Positions 22,209-32,909 of a stretch of 49,905 nucleotides of DNA are shown here, piece after piece; position 1 is the stretch's first letter, and each line of letters starts with the position of its first letter. A model generated the notes under the pieces. The model was given only the letters and a program-made list of their open reading frames with translations, made no database searches and was not told the DNA's origin. The stretch is from contig MRSU01001902.1 in assembly GCA_008369845.1 (NCBI GenBank), forward strand, positions 1 through 49,905. Direction: 5' to 3'. The stretch comes from Trichomonas gallinae. Taxonomy: Eukaryota. The position numbers were made by a program, and so were the translations under genes.

Positions 22209-22640
22209 TCATCTAATATGTATTTGATACAAATCAATATAAGAAAATAGTTGTCTCAAAAATTCCTCAAAGATTCGATATTTCAATTGATTGTCCAATG
22301 ATTTAGTGTATTTTCGTTGTAAATTCAGATAGCACATGAAGACTTGCTTTTTTTTTTTAATATTAATTGCATTTTCTGTTCCATATCTGATGCTTGATTT
22401 GGTCAACAAAGCCTTCACAAGCGTCAGATACTAGGAAACCATCACTTGTGTGTATATGTATTTCAGCAGCGTTGCGATATTTGTTTGGAAATGAACTGCC
22501 AGTTCTGGACAAATTGATGATTTTCAACTGATGGAAAAAGATGCTCTTTTCGCATTTGCAATCAACAAATAGAATGTAATCATCTGGTGTTGGTTGTACA
22601 ACTACCATTTCTTGCTGAATAACCCTTCCATCACGTAATT
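22209..22640 (-). pseudogene. Probable degraded gene fragment
   Basis: Two overlapping ORFs offset at a T10 run (~22348-22358); coding-like composition; family not recognised. Confidence 0.35.
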
Positions 22641-23504
22641 ATGATTAAAAAAAATTAGAATTAACAAATAAAAAACATTTCATATCATCAGATCTGCGTA
22701 ACCTATAAACGATTAAAAGCTGACTTAAATATAAATATGTACATTATTTATTGCCAAAGTAAATAAGAAGAAAATCATGACAAAAAAATGATTTGCCATG
22801 TAATGTATTTGCATGACAAATTTTCGATACCAATTGTTTAGTGAATCGTTGCTACTCTTATGATAGTTTAATCGTTCGGTGATTGTGAGCCTAAACCAGA
22901 CAGTAAATATCCCCATTGTATTGGCCAAATGCAAAGGAAAAAAGTGGCAATTTTTAATTTCAAGTAAACTGATATATCTCAATAAATGCTGGATTTCATA
23001 ATTTTTTTATCAAATTTAAGGGTATCTTAATAACTAAGAAAATTTGAATTGATTGTTTCAAAATTTTTGTATATCGTTAAAGTTTTATATTTTCAGCATT
23101 TTCCCCATTGTTAGCTGATAATAATCATAATTTCTTTTTGTGATTTTACCCACCGATAAATACAAAAACAAAAATATAAACAGAGCAAAACGTAGTAAAT
23201 AGTAATATCAATGTGACAAGATGTTCATGAAAGCAACAAAACATTTTTATATAACCAACTAAAATGATTGATTTTCATGTTTCCCTATTTCAGAAAATTT
23301 TTCATGACATAACCTTTCGGTCTTCATCTGGACTTAATATACTCCATATACTATTATGACGATTTTACATTTTGAAGCACGTTATATAATTTGAATCAGC
23401 AAAATCAAACAAAAAATAACTATATATTATGGATGATTGATTAAAATGATTTCAAATAAACAAAATTATTATCAATTCGCTCTTAACAAAATCATTATAA
23501 AATC

Positions 23505-24536
23505 ATGTGTCTGTGCCTTATTTTTCTATTTTGTCGACACGCATTTAGCGATAAACCTTTATGTAGGTTCTCTATTCATCAGTCAGATGCACTATGGGAT
23601 TATTTTTATTATGATACAAGCTCATTTACTCCATGGAATCAAAATTCACATCTTTCTTGGAGAGGATCATACTATGTATTTGATGTTACATTTTCTCAGC
23701 TACCGAAATGCATAACTTTAAATGATAGGAGTTGGGAGAATAAACTTTTAGTCAGTTCAACAAACTTTCACGGTTTGAGTGGTAATGATTATGGCGCAGC
23801 TATTCATCAGAAATATGGTAGCTGTATACAGTACCATGTATGCAATGCCAATTCTCATACTGATGAAGAACATAGTGGAGCGCATTCATATATAGATTTG
23901 AGTGACTTCGGATTCAAACATAGAAATTACTTCATTGAGTCATCAATATTTGACACAACTGCTGGTTATTCTACATTTATTCAAAACTTTATGGATAATA
24001 GAATAAGTCAAGTCAATGTTTCTAATTGTAATTCAATACATACTATAGGAATTGGCACGGCATCTGGTGGAATAATCAATTTGTGCACATTTTATGGCAA
24101 TTCTGCTGGATCCATTTTATTATCTTTAGGTGGAGTAGATTCTTCAATATCATTATGCAACTTTGTTTCTAACAAAGAAAATGGAGAAGGATTAGTATTC
24201 ACTAATAGGGCCAAAAGCAAAGTCATTAGATCTATATTCAGCAACAATAAAGTAAAATACATTTTTTACTCAGATAATGATGGAAATCTTACCATATCTG
24301 GATGCTCTTTTGATAACAATGTTGGGGCAACGTCAAATATTAATAATATTATATTAGGATCGATAGCAGCATTATTTGATCTTCGTATATTTCACTTTTC
24401 CACTGAATTGTGTGAAGCCGTACATGCGATACCATCTGTGGAAAAGTGCAAAACGAACCAATTGAATCTGCCATATCATAGTCTGAAAATTAAAGGTTAT
24501 GATATGCTGTTTTTATTTTTCTCAATAAACAATTAA
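23505..24536 (+). CDS. Putative secreted/surface Asn/Ser-rich protein, right-handed beta-helix (pectin-lyase/Pmp-like), copy 1
   Basis: Hydrophobic N-terminus; recurring I..CxFxxN motifs (NLCTFYGN, LCNFVSN, RSIFSNN, GCSFDNN); hydrophobic C-terminus. Confidence 0.75.
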   Translation: MCLCLIFLFCRHAFSDKPLCRFSIHQSDALWDYFYYDTSSFTPWNQNSHLSWRGSYYVFDVTFSQLPKCITLNDRSWENKLLVSSTNFHGLSGNDYGAAIHQKYGSCIQYHVCNANSHTDEEHSGAHSYIDLSDFGFKHRNYFIESSIFDTTAGYSTFIQNFMDNRISQVNVSNCNSIHTIGIGTASGGIINLCTFYGNSAGSILLSLGGVDSSISLCNFVSNKENGEGLVFTNRAKSKVIRSIFSNNKVKYIFYSDNDGNLTISGCSFDNNVGATSNINNIILGSIAALFDLRIFHFSTELCEAVHAIPSVEKCKTNQLNLPYHSLKIKGYDMLFLFFSINN

Positions 24537-24681
24537 TTTTACTATCAAAAGAATAATTTTTCAATGAGCTTAAGAAAACGAATATTTGGAATAAACATTA
24601 GTGGAACTGTGATTTAGTTGTCAGTCAGTTTTGCTGTATTATGGTTTAATTTATTTCAAAAATTGCATTTCTATATTACTA

Positions 24682-24942
24682 ATGCATCAATCTGATTTTT
24701 TCGGGCATTCAAATGGAAATGGTGTCCTTCCTATCTGGATGTTGGAACAATGTCCAATTCTAATAATACTGAATTAGAATGACAAACAGAATTATTTAAT
24801 CTTCATCTCCATATCTTTTCCATTGAAGGGTGATGGGATGCGCATGCGATACTATTTGTGGTCAGCTGCAAAAACCAATTGATTTGCAATATAATAGTCT
24901 GAAAATTAAAGGAAATGATGTTTTTATTTTTTCAATAAACAA
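24682..24942 (+). pseudogene. Internally deleted remnant of the same beta-helix family
   Basis: ATGCATCAATCTGA (MHQSD) at 24682; 24800-24942 aligns to the 3' end of copy 1 (catgcgatac, atagtctgaaaattaaagg, tcaataaacaa). Confidence 0.75.
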
Positions 24943-25337
24943 ATATTGCTATGTCTATTTTAGATTCACAAATCTATCCAATACATAGTCTGACAATAAC
25001 TTAGCCTTTTTTCATATCAAAGGGCGCTGTGTAACTGCTCATCCATTCATATTTATTGTCATCAATTGTTATGCTAATACAGATAAACTGATGGTAAAAC
25101 AATGTTGTTTTAGTCTCAAAGTGAAAATATCAGAATAATTTTATATTTTATTTTTTATTTTTTATATAAAACAAAGCCACAGTTTCATGATTTAAGTCTT
25201 TAAATCATTATACGGATTAATAACCCGTTAATCTGTGAATCATTGTCAAGAAGTTTTACAGTAAAATGATATAATCTCAGCAATCATTATTTTTTATTAA
25301 CAAATATACATATTTTCGAATTTTGATTTATCTTTAT

Positions 25338-26324
25338 ATGCATCAATCTGATGCCCTTTGGGAATACTATTATTTTGATTCACCTAATTATACAAAATGG
25401 TCCAAAAATTCGCAACTGACAGAAAGAGGATCATATTATGTGATGTATGTTAGATTCACAAATCAAAACGGGAGTTGTATACATTTAGATGGTGATCCAT
25501 CAAACAAACTTTTAGTGAGTTCGACGACATTTTATGAACTTCGAGGGTATTCCAATGGCTTGGCCATTTATCAGCAAAAAGGTAATTGCATCCAGTATCA
25601 TGTTTGTGATGTCCGCCCAGAGCCATCTTTAAATTTTCCGCATTCTTATATTGGATCTGATCGCACTGACACTGTCTCGAAAAATTATTTAATAGAGTCA
25701 ACAATATCTTATGCAAAATCGCAAAGAAGTACATTTGGTCATTGGTATGGAGATAACAGAATAAATCAAATCAATGTTTCGTTTTCAGATGCAACTTATT
25801 ACACTGCATGTGAAACAAGTGGAGCAGTGATCAGCTCTTCTACATTCAGCAACAACACAGCTAACATGGGAGTAATTTTACATCTAGGTTATAGTGATTC
25901 TGTAATGTCACAGTGCAACATTTTGTCGAACACAGATAAAGCATTTTATGCATATAATGGACTGATATTTTTTGACAATGGCAATATAAAAATCATGAAA
26001 TCAATTTTTGTAAACAATATTGTAAAATACTTATTTTATTATAAAATTGAATCTCATGATATAGGAATGATCACTGTCAGTGATTGTTATTTTGATAGCA
26101 ATACAATAAAATTATCATCGTCAAACACAGAAAACATTACAATTGACAATGCGAATGAATTTCAAAATATTCTTTATCACTTATCTACAAAAGGCTGCGA
26201 AGCTGTTCATCCAATCATTTTTCTTGTCAACAACATCAAGGACAAAACATGCGAAATAAATTGGTGTCGATCAAATACTTATTTATTTGAATATGAAATA
26301 TTCTTTCTTTTTCCATTGGAATAA
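25338..26324 (+). CDS. Beta-helix-like protein, copy 2 (N-terminal leader apparently missing)
   Basis: Shares HQSDALW, RGSYYV, NKLLVSST, CIQYHVC, DNRI.Q.NVS and CEAVH with copy 1. First usable ATG is 25338. Confidence 0.75.
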   Translation: MHQSDALWEYYYFDSPNYTKWSKNSQLTERGSYYVMYVRFTNQNGSCIHLDGDPSNKLLVSSTTFYELRGYSNGLAIYQQKGNCIQYHVCDVRPEPSLNFPHSYIGSDRTDTVSKNYLIESTISYAKSQRSTFGHWYGDNRINQINVSFSDATYYTACETSGAVISSSTFSNNTANMGVILHLGYSDSVMSQCNILSNTDKAFYAYNGLIFFDNGNIKIMKSIFVNNIVKYLFYYKIESHDIGMITVSDCYFDSNTIKLSSSNTENITIDNANEFQNILYHLSTKGCEAVHPIIFLVNNIKDKTCEINWCRSNTYLFEYEIFFLFPLE

Positions 26325-26926
26325 TAACATATGATCATGTATATCCATTTAAATAATAGTGCTTCGATGATAAATCACAAACAAAACAAAGCAACAAAAC
26401 TTTCAGGAAATTGACAATCCGCATTTTCATTATGAACAATTGTCTTTTATTCTTATAGCGATTCCAATACAAAATAGTTTTGGGTTGCATCATTCTGTAA
26501 AGCCTTGCTAATACGAACTTTGTAACTGTTCCTAAGAATGGATTGATTTATTTATTATTATGCAATTTTAAAATCACGAAATATATTTTTAATTCTTTTT
26601 TCATTATATATTATTAATTCTCTGCCTTTCTCTGATTTTCCAATGGAAACATAGAATTATCATCAAGCAAAATCAATGTCACTACTGGCATCACGAATAA
26701 AATTTATAATCCCATCAATGTCAACTTTATGATTGACAATGATGATATTTTCATTGAACACTCTATTTGAAAATTGATGATATTTATCTAATATTATAAA
26801 CACTGTTTATTGAATGCTTTTGCAGTTGCTGAAAATGATAATTACTATATAATATTATTTTATGACATGTAAATATATTTATCTAAATTAATGACATGTA
26901 AATATATTTATTTGGCAAGATTTTAG

Positions 26927-28192
26927 ATGACGCAAGTATTTGAGCAAGACACTATTGTAGAAATCAATGTTTTCCTTGAAGGCATCCACCTATCGCATTC
27001 TGTTGAGATGTGGTATGTCCTGTATCATTATTTCCTCGATTTAAAGTTCCCACAGTTTCCTCAGGATACATGTCATCGAATATTAAATGAAGCCGATACC
27101 AGTCTTGAAAATATAGGTGATAATGAAGAGTTCAAGATATTTCTCGTTACTTGCGTGGAACTAGCTGTTAGACTTATTTCTCATCCATTCAAATATATTA
27201 GTCAGACATCGATTTTACCATATTTCTCAACATGGATGGAAGAAGGAGTTAATGTTACGCTTCTTAACCTCATCTTGCAGATAATTGGATATGTGTGTGA
27301 CGACGTTTCAAAAAATGAATATGGAGACAGCGTTTTAATACTAGAATACATGCAGAAAAACCTATTATCTATAATATACAACTTAGATATAGAAGAAAAC
27401 ACAGAACTTATTAATGATTTACTTGATTCAATTATGAAAATTTCAAAATCGATTAATCAAACGCCAGCAAGATACCAAATACTATTCGAATTGCTTGTAT
27501 TATTACTAGATTCGCCATTAGATGTTGCTGAAAAGGCAGTTGATCATTTATCAGATTTATTACAAAGATTTCCTGATTTTACAGCACAACTCAAAGAAGA
27601 AGACGTGATAAGAATGGTAGAAATGATTCAAACACCATCACATATAGCTCATAAATCAGTTCCATTGATATTAAATTCATTTTGTCAGCAAAACCAGTTC
27701 TTTGAGTTTTTAATGCAAAACGAACTCTTTGATAAACTGATGATGACGCTTCAGAATGACCTCATTCACCATTTTTCTGTATCTGCGGGTCCAATATTTG
27801 AATGCTTGTATAATTTATGTAAACAAGATCATGATTTGCTTTTTATGTTCTACCAGTCAGATCTATTCACTAACTGGCCGGTTTCTGAAGCAAATCACGC
27901 ATCTCACAAAGCATTTATTAAATTTGCTTTGTTATCTATAGAAATTTACAAAGAAAATCCGCCATTTTTGCACATCGTTGACCAGATCTGCCAAAATGTT
28001 TTATATTGCTTGAGTGTAGAAGATGAAGAGATGATTATTGATGCTTTAATGATAACTGAGATACTTCTTGAGCATCAAGTTCAGCTTGATTGTCTAGAAC
28101 CTCTAGATGATATTGTCCATACAAATGAAAATGAGATGATTATTAATCGCGCATCTTCAATTTTGCAGAAATTCTTTCCTAATAGAGAATAA
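26927..28192 (+). CDS. Hypothetical acidic alpha-helical (ARM/HEAT-like) protein
   Basis: 421-aa ORF, Leu/Ile/Glu-rich amphipathic helices; ARM-like ending NENEMIINRASSILQKFF. Confidence 0.75.
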   Translation: MTQVFEQDTIVEINVFLEGIHLSHSVEMWYVLYHYFLDLKFPQFPQDTCHRILNEADTSLENIGDNEEFKIFLVTCVELAVRLISHPFKYISQTSILPYFSTWMEEGVNVTLLNLILQIIGYVCDDVSKNEYGDSVLILEYMQKNLLSIIYNLDIEENTELINDLLDSIMKISKSINQTPARYQILFELLVLLLDSPLDVAEKAVDHLSDLLQRFPDFTAQLKEEDVIRMVEMIQTPSHIAHKSVPLILNSFCQQNQFFEFLMQNELFDKLMMTLQNDLIHHFSVSAGPIFECLYNLCKQDHDLLFMFYQSDLFTNWPVSEANHASHKAFIKFALLSIEIYKENPPFLHIVDQICQNVLYCLSVEDEEMIIDALMITEILLEHQVQLDCLEPLDDIVHTNENEMIINRASSILQKFFPNRE

Positions 28193-28901
28193 AATATAGT
28201 GTATTATTATTTTTATGCAAAACAAACATTCTACAACTTTCTAATCATTATATTTTGATCAAATCTTATATTTTTTAAAATATTTCATTCCTAGTAGATA
28301 TTATATAATATTGTATTATTATTTACATATAGTATAAACATTTTTCAGTTTCTATTCATTATATTTAAATCAAATATTCAAATTTTTATGATATATCATT
28401 CTTAATAGATATTATATAATAAAGTAGTATTATTTACATGCAATATAAACATTATACAGCTTTCTATTCAGTATCTTTTGATCTCATCATTGATTTTAAA
28501 TAATTCTTTCTTAAAAGAGAGTAAATTATAGAATAGTATTACTCACATCCATTATGACCATTATACAGCTTTTTATTCAACATATTTTAATCAAATATTC
28601 AAATTTATTCAAAAATTCATTGTAAAAGAATTTAAATTATAGGATATTATTATTTACATCTAAGGAAACCAATAAATAGCTTTTCATTCGATATTTTTTA
28701 AATTTATTTTTGATTTTTTTCCTAAAAATTTCTTTTTTAGATAGAGATTAAAATATAGAATAGTACTATTTACATGCAAGATAGCCATTCTGCTGTTTTT
28801 CATTCAGTATTTTTTGAAATTGTTTTAGATTTATAAATCTTCCCTAATTGAGATTAAATTATAAAGTATTATTATTTACATACAAAACAAACATTATACA
28901 G
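28165..28901. repeat. Degenerate ~111-bp tandem array, 7 cores
   Basis: TATTTACAT-like core at 28208, 28320, 28431, 28540, 28651, 28767 and 28873, each followed by a CATTATACAG-like block. Confidence 0.85.
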
Positions 28902-29970
28902 TAAGAAGAGGCTTTCCATTCAATATAATTAAATCCAATCTCCTATTTGAGAAGATTACAACACAAAACAGGCCTAATGAGAATATTAATATGGATCCTC
29001 CCGAATATATATGCATAAAATCGTCCAAAAACAATCTAAAGCCAAGAACGATATCATATAAGATAATAATAACATATAACGTTACTAGGCAGTCGAATGA
29101 TAGGTGGTGGATCTCTTTTGGCCAGTTTAAGTTGAATGTTGTCATAAAATCGTATCTAGATTTCAGTCTCAAAAGAGTAGACATCAGGAGGATCAAAACA
29201 GTGTTAACTATCGCAATAGATAATACAACCCATCGATTCGTAACCCATGCTTGTGATGCAAAAATAAATACGCCATCTAATATATAGCAAAGCAGGTATA
29301 AAAACTTTGTACAGTAAGTTGGAAATACTCCAGAGTACGTTGATGCCATTGAAAATGCAGAAAGAGCAAATAATACTAAGGAAAATGCGATACTATGGCA
29401 AAGATATGAGATATTATTCGGGAATATGTCCATTCCTGTAAATATTAGGACGATATAACGTGTCGAGAGCAGCGCATAACAAATTGTCAAACCTATCGTT
29501 GATAAAATTACGGTTGAGTGAAGTTTCTTTATATATCCGCTAACATGGCTCATATACACAATCAATAAGACCAATGATATCATGATCAGGAAGATTAATA
29601 ATCCTAAGAGATAAATATCTCGAATATCATAAAACAGTGTACCGTTTTTGAAGATTATTGTGAATGATTCTGACGATTGGAGACTGATTTTCTGGGGTAC
29701 AAGCTTAACATCGTAAATTCCTGATTTTGGATTTAAGTAAAAGTATGTTTGTCCATGGAATATCGCCTGTGGATAATTTTCGCATTTATCGGTGACTTTA
29801 AAGAGCCTGACCTTGCAAAGTTCCAGACGATAAGATACGAATGAAGGCTTAAAATCGCTGAAGTTGACGAAGATAATTCCCTCACTAGAAAACATGAACG
29901 AGCCTACTTTGTACTCTTTCATGTGTTGTCCTGAAAAGGAATATTTATAGAAAAGCAGGGATGTTATCAT
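28894..29970 (-). CDS. Membrane protein: signal-like N-terminus, ~110-aa extracellular domain and about 7 TM helices
   Basis: Seven hydrophobic segments from IYLLGLLIFLIMISLVLLIVY to SILIFSLGLFCVVIF. Confidence 0.75.
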   Translation of the reverse strand: MITSLLFYKYSFSGQHMKEYKVGSFMFSSEGIIFVNFSDFKPSFVSYRLELCKVRLFKVTDKCENYPQAIFHGQTYFYLNPKSGIYDVKLVPQKISLQSSESFTIIFKNGTLFYDIRDIYLLGLLIFLIMISLVLLIVYMSHVSGYIKKLHSTVILSTIGLTICYALLSTRYIVLIFTGMDIFPNNISYLCHSIAFSLVLFALSAFSMASTYSGVFPTYCTKFLYLLCYILDGVFIFASQAWVTNRWVVLSIAIVNTVLILLMSTLLRLKSRYDFMTTFNLNWPKEIHHLSFDCLVTLYVIIILYDIVLGFRLFLDDFMHIYSGGSILIFSLGLFCVVIFSNRRLDLIILNGKPLLTV

Positions 29971-30567
29971 AAAAATAAAAAATAATAAAAAGAAAATTCG
30001 AAATTTTGCTTTATACTGTCATTCCCAGATATTCTCTTGATCTTTAGTAAAAAGGTGACACTCGCGATCATACAGCATTCAAAAATTTCTGAGTAAATTT
30101 AATTAAAGGAGATTTTTATACAAGATTAAGGAATCGGGGCATGTATATGACAAACCGTTGCGATCTTTTTGGCTGAGTATTTATTATGTTTTTGACTTTT
30201 GAATTCGATAGCGTAGATTGTAAGTGTGTTATAAGTGACGATTTTTTTCCGAACAAAATTTCAATAGAAATGCAACTATCATAATTTTGACGCGTAAATA
30301 ATCGATTTAATATTTATATGTCATAAATTTTGATTAAAATTTATGACACATAAATCCTAAAACTCGATTTTATTTGTCAAAATATTTATTAAAAAATCAT
30401 TTCATGTCCTGGGCAACTCATGAGATTTAATACATATACCAAAAATGTATTACCTAAAACAATTTACTCTAGTTGCAATTCAATAGATAATTTCTTTCAA
30501 TAATTTCATTAAAAAAAATCTGTTATATTGAAATCAAGCACTGCAGAACATTCACGATTGATTCAAT

Positions 30568-30640
30568 TTGGTGCACAAACAATTTCATGGTCAAACTGCA
30601 TTAAATAGAGCTGCAAAAAATATACATATGAAATTTAAAA
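30568..30640 (+). pseudogene. Ankyrin-repeat remnant
   Basis: LIQFGA, then in a shifted frame HGQTALNRAAKN. Confidence 0.4.
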
Positions 30641-30776
30641 ATGATACATTAGGATTGACATATAATGAGATTGTAAACAACTTTGGTTTTGGGAAAAGTG
30701 CTGACAGTTATTCCAGTCAAATGAACTAAAACAATAATAAAGAATTTATTCAATACAAACAAAAATAAAGAATTGG

Positions 30777-32558
30777 TTATTGCAATGGAGAAATCAACTT
30801 AGCGTTCAAATGGAATGCGCATAAGCAAGTATTTGCACTTGATAATATCTGGACTGAAGCCAGCACATCTTGTTCAGCAACTAGTGGAGTAAGGTCGACT
30901 TTTGTTGATCCTAACAATTGTCCGTTCTGATGATATAATGAAATTGTTGCACCATTCGATACAATATCGAAAACTAGTCCTTGTTTGTCGCAGGCAAACA
31001 CAATCTGCATTTCTTCAATAGAAGGAGCTGCATGGAACATCTGAGTGTTTGCTGTGCTGTTATTAAATTTTACGTGCAAGCAAACTGATTCACGAGGATG
31101 TAATGCAACGAAAGTGTCTGTAATAGCGAATAAAACAGCAGTTTGATTCTCGAAGAGAAAAATATCATCAGTTTGCTGAATTGCTATTTGATCTTGGAAA
31201 TCGTTGTATCTGACCCTCTGTGCTTCTGTTATCTCATAAAGTTCTTTGTTCAAAAGCTTTCTTACACGTGACATCTTTAAAATTTTGACATCAGCAGTTT
31301 TAACTTTATTTTCGAGAATTTCGATTTGTCGAATCATGTCTAAAACATTGTCGAGAGACATTCCTCTCTGCATCATATCGTATATAAAGTACATGAAGCT
31401 CTGATTTTCGAATGGATTTTCAGGGCATTGTGAATATGCTGTGTAATATTTATCTCGTAACGCTGAATATTCTGATTTTAACGTTTGAATAGATGTGCGT
31501 GCTTCTTCTATCGATTTTTTGGCCTTTTCAAGCTCGTTTTTATAATGATCCACAATTGTTTGAGATTCTGCAATTGAATCTTTTAATTTTTGATTTATTC
31601 TTCGCATCTCATTGATTTCAATATCATCATTCATCGTTTCTATGTTATTATTAATTATATTAATGCCAAGACTCCTTGCAATTCGGCATTTTTTGGCACC
31701 AATATCAGATTTAATTTCTAACTTTTGAGTTTCGAGTTTATTGACTTGACTTTGAAGTTCTTCTATATCTGGAAGTTGAGATTCTAGCTTTTTAATCTTA
31801 TTTTCTAGAGCAGTTTTTTCTAAATCGTGATCTCTTCTTTTTTCAATTAGATCATTGAGTTTGTCCTCCAAATCGTTAACTTTCGCTTTTATTTTCTTCT
31901 TTGCTTGTTTCTTTTTATCAATTTCTTCTTGAAGTTGTAAAATTTCATGATCTTTGTCTAATATTTGGTCTTTGAGCCTTTTTTCTTGGAAAACTAATTC
32001 ATCATTGTCGTTTGGATTGATTTTCTCGAAGTAAGAAATTGCAGAATCAAGATCTAACTTCATTAACTGAATTCCTGCTAAATATTGACTCTTTGAGTCC
32101 CAATTCTTACTTGATTTGAACAACTCTTCTAATTCTTCAATTACATCCTGTTTTTGCTGTATTGGAGAGTGTTGTTCAAAGTCATCCAAACGATATTTTT
32201 TATTTGGAAAGACGAAAAATGATCTGAAGTAGTTTAGTTCTCGCAACTCTTCATTTTTAGTAACTTCTGCTCGTCTTAACTGTAAATCAAGTTCATCAAT
32301 CTTGAATAATAAGTTTCGAATTTCTTTTTTTATCTTTTTATTAAGTTTTGGTATATCTTTGCCTTTTATTTCGACTTCTTGTTGATTTTCTTGTTCTATT
32401 TGACCTTCTATCACTTGATCTTTCGTTTTATATTTTGATAATTCTCTTTCAACATCGAATAGTTCTGTTGCTAAACTATCCAGTGTCTTACATTCTTCAA
32501 TGAAAATGTCTTCCAGCTCCTTTCGAGAATAGGTCGAAAGGAGCCGGTTTCTAAACAT
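30777..32558 (-). CDS. Long coiled-coil protein with C-terminal beta-rich (C2-like) domain
   Basis: 593-aa ORF with E/K/Q heptads; last ~125 aa show alternating hydrophobic strands (ATISLYH...LLGSTKVDLTPLV). Confidence 0.8.
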   Translation of the reverse strand: MFRNRLLSTYSRKELEDIFIEECKTLDSLATELFDVERELSKYKTKDQVIEGQIEQENQQEVEIKGKDIPKLNKKIKKEIRNLLFKIDELDLQLRRAEVTKNEELRELNYFRSFFVFPNKKYRLDDFEQHSPIQQKQDVIEELEELFKSSKNWDSKSQYLAGIQLMKLDLDSAISYFEKINPNDNDELVFQEKRLKDQILDKDHEILQLQEEIDKKKQAKKKIKAKVNDLEDKLNDLIEKRRDHDLEKTALENKIKKLESQLPDIEELQSQVNKLETQKLEIKSDIGAKKCRIARSLGINIINNNIETMNDDIEINEMRRINQKLKDSIAESQTIVDHYKNELEKAKKSIEEARTSIQTLKSEYSALRDKYYTAYSQCPENPFENQSFMYFIYDMMQRGMSLDNVLDMIRQIEILENKVKTADVKILKMSRVRKLLNKELYEITEAQRVRYNDFQDQIAIQQTDDIFLFENQTAVLFAITDTFVALHPRESVCLHVKFNNSTANTQMFHAAPSIEEMQIVFACDKQGLVFDIVSNGATISLYHQNGQLLGSTKVDLTPLVAEQDVLASVQILSSANTCLCAFHLNAKLISPLQ

Positions 32559-32909
32559 TTAAATTTTTAACGAATTATCAAGATTTTATCATAACTATAT
32601 AGAAATTCATGATCTTTAATATTTTTGATTTTTAAAATTGAAAAATCTACATGACAAAAATATGGATTTACATGACAAAATAAAATTTGTTAAATAAAAA
32701 TTTTACTCGTCAAAAATTCTAACTTATCATCAATTTTATGATGTTTATGTGGCAAAAATAAATATTTACGTGTCAAGATAATTTTTATTATATAAAAATT
32801 TTACTTGTCGAAAAATAAAATAATTTGTCAGATATTAAATTTACGTGTCATGCTGTGGTCGTCAAAAAATTGCTTGGCCATGGCCAGGTGAAAACTGACA
32901 TTATTATAA

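Noticed and set aside
28165..28901. CRISPR array, or a decayed ankyrin array on the minus strand
   Set aside because: Whole units are homologous with no unique spacers and no cas genes, in a eukaryotic context. The period is 111 bp rather than 99 bp, and the ankyrin resemblance (YIACK) is too short and stop-ridden.
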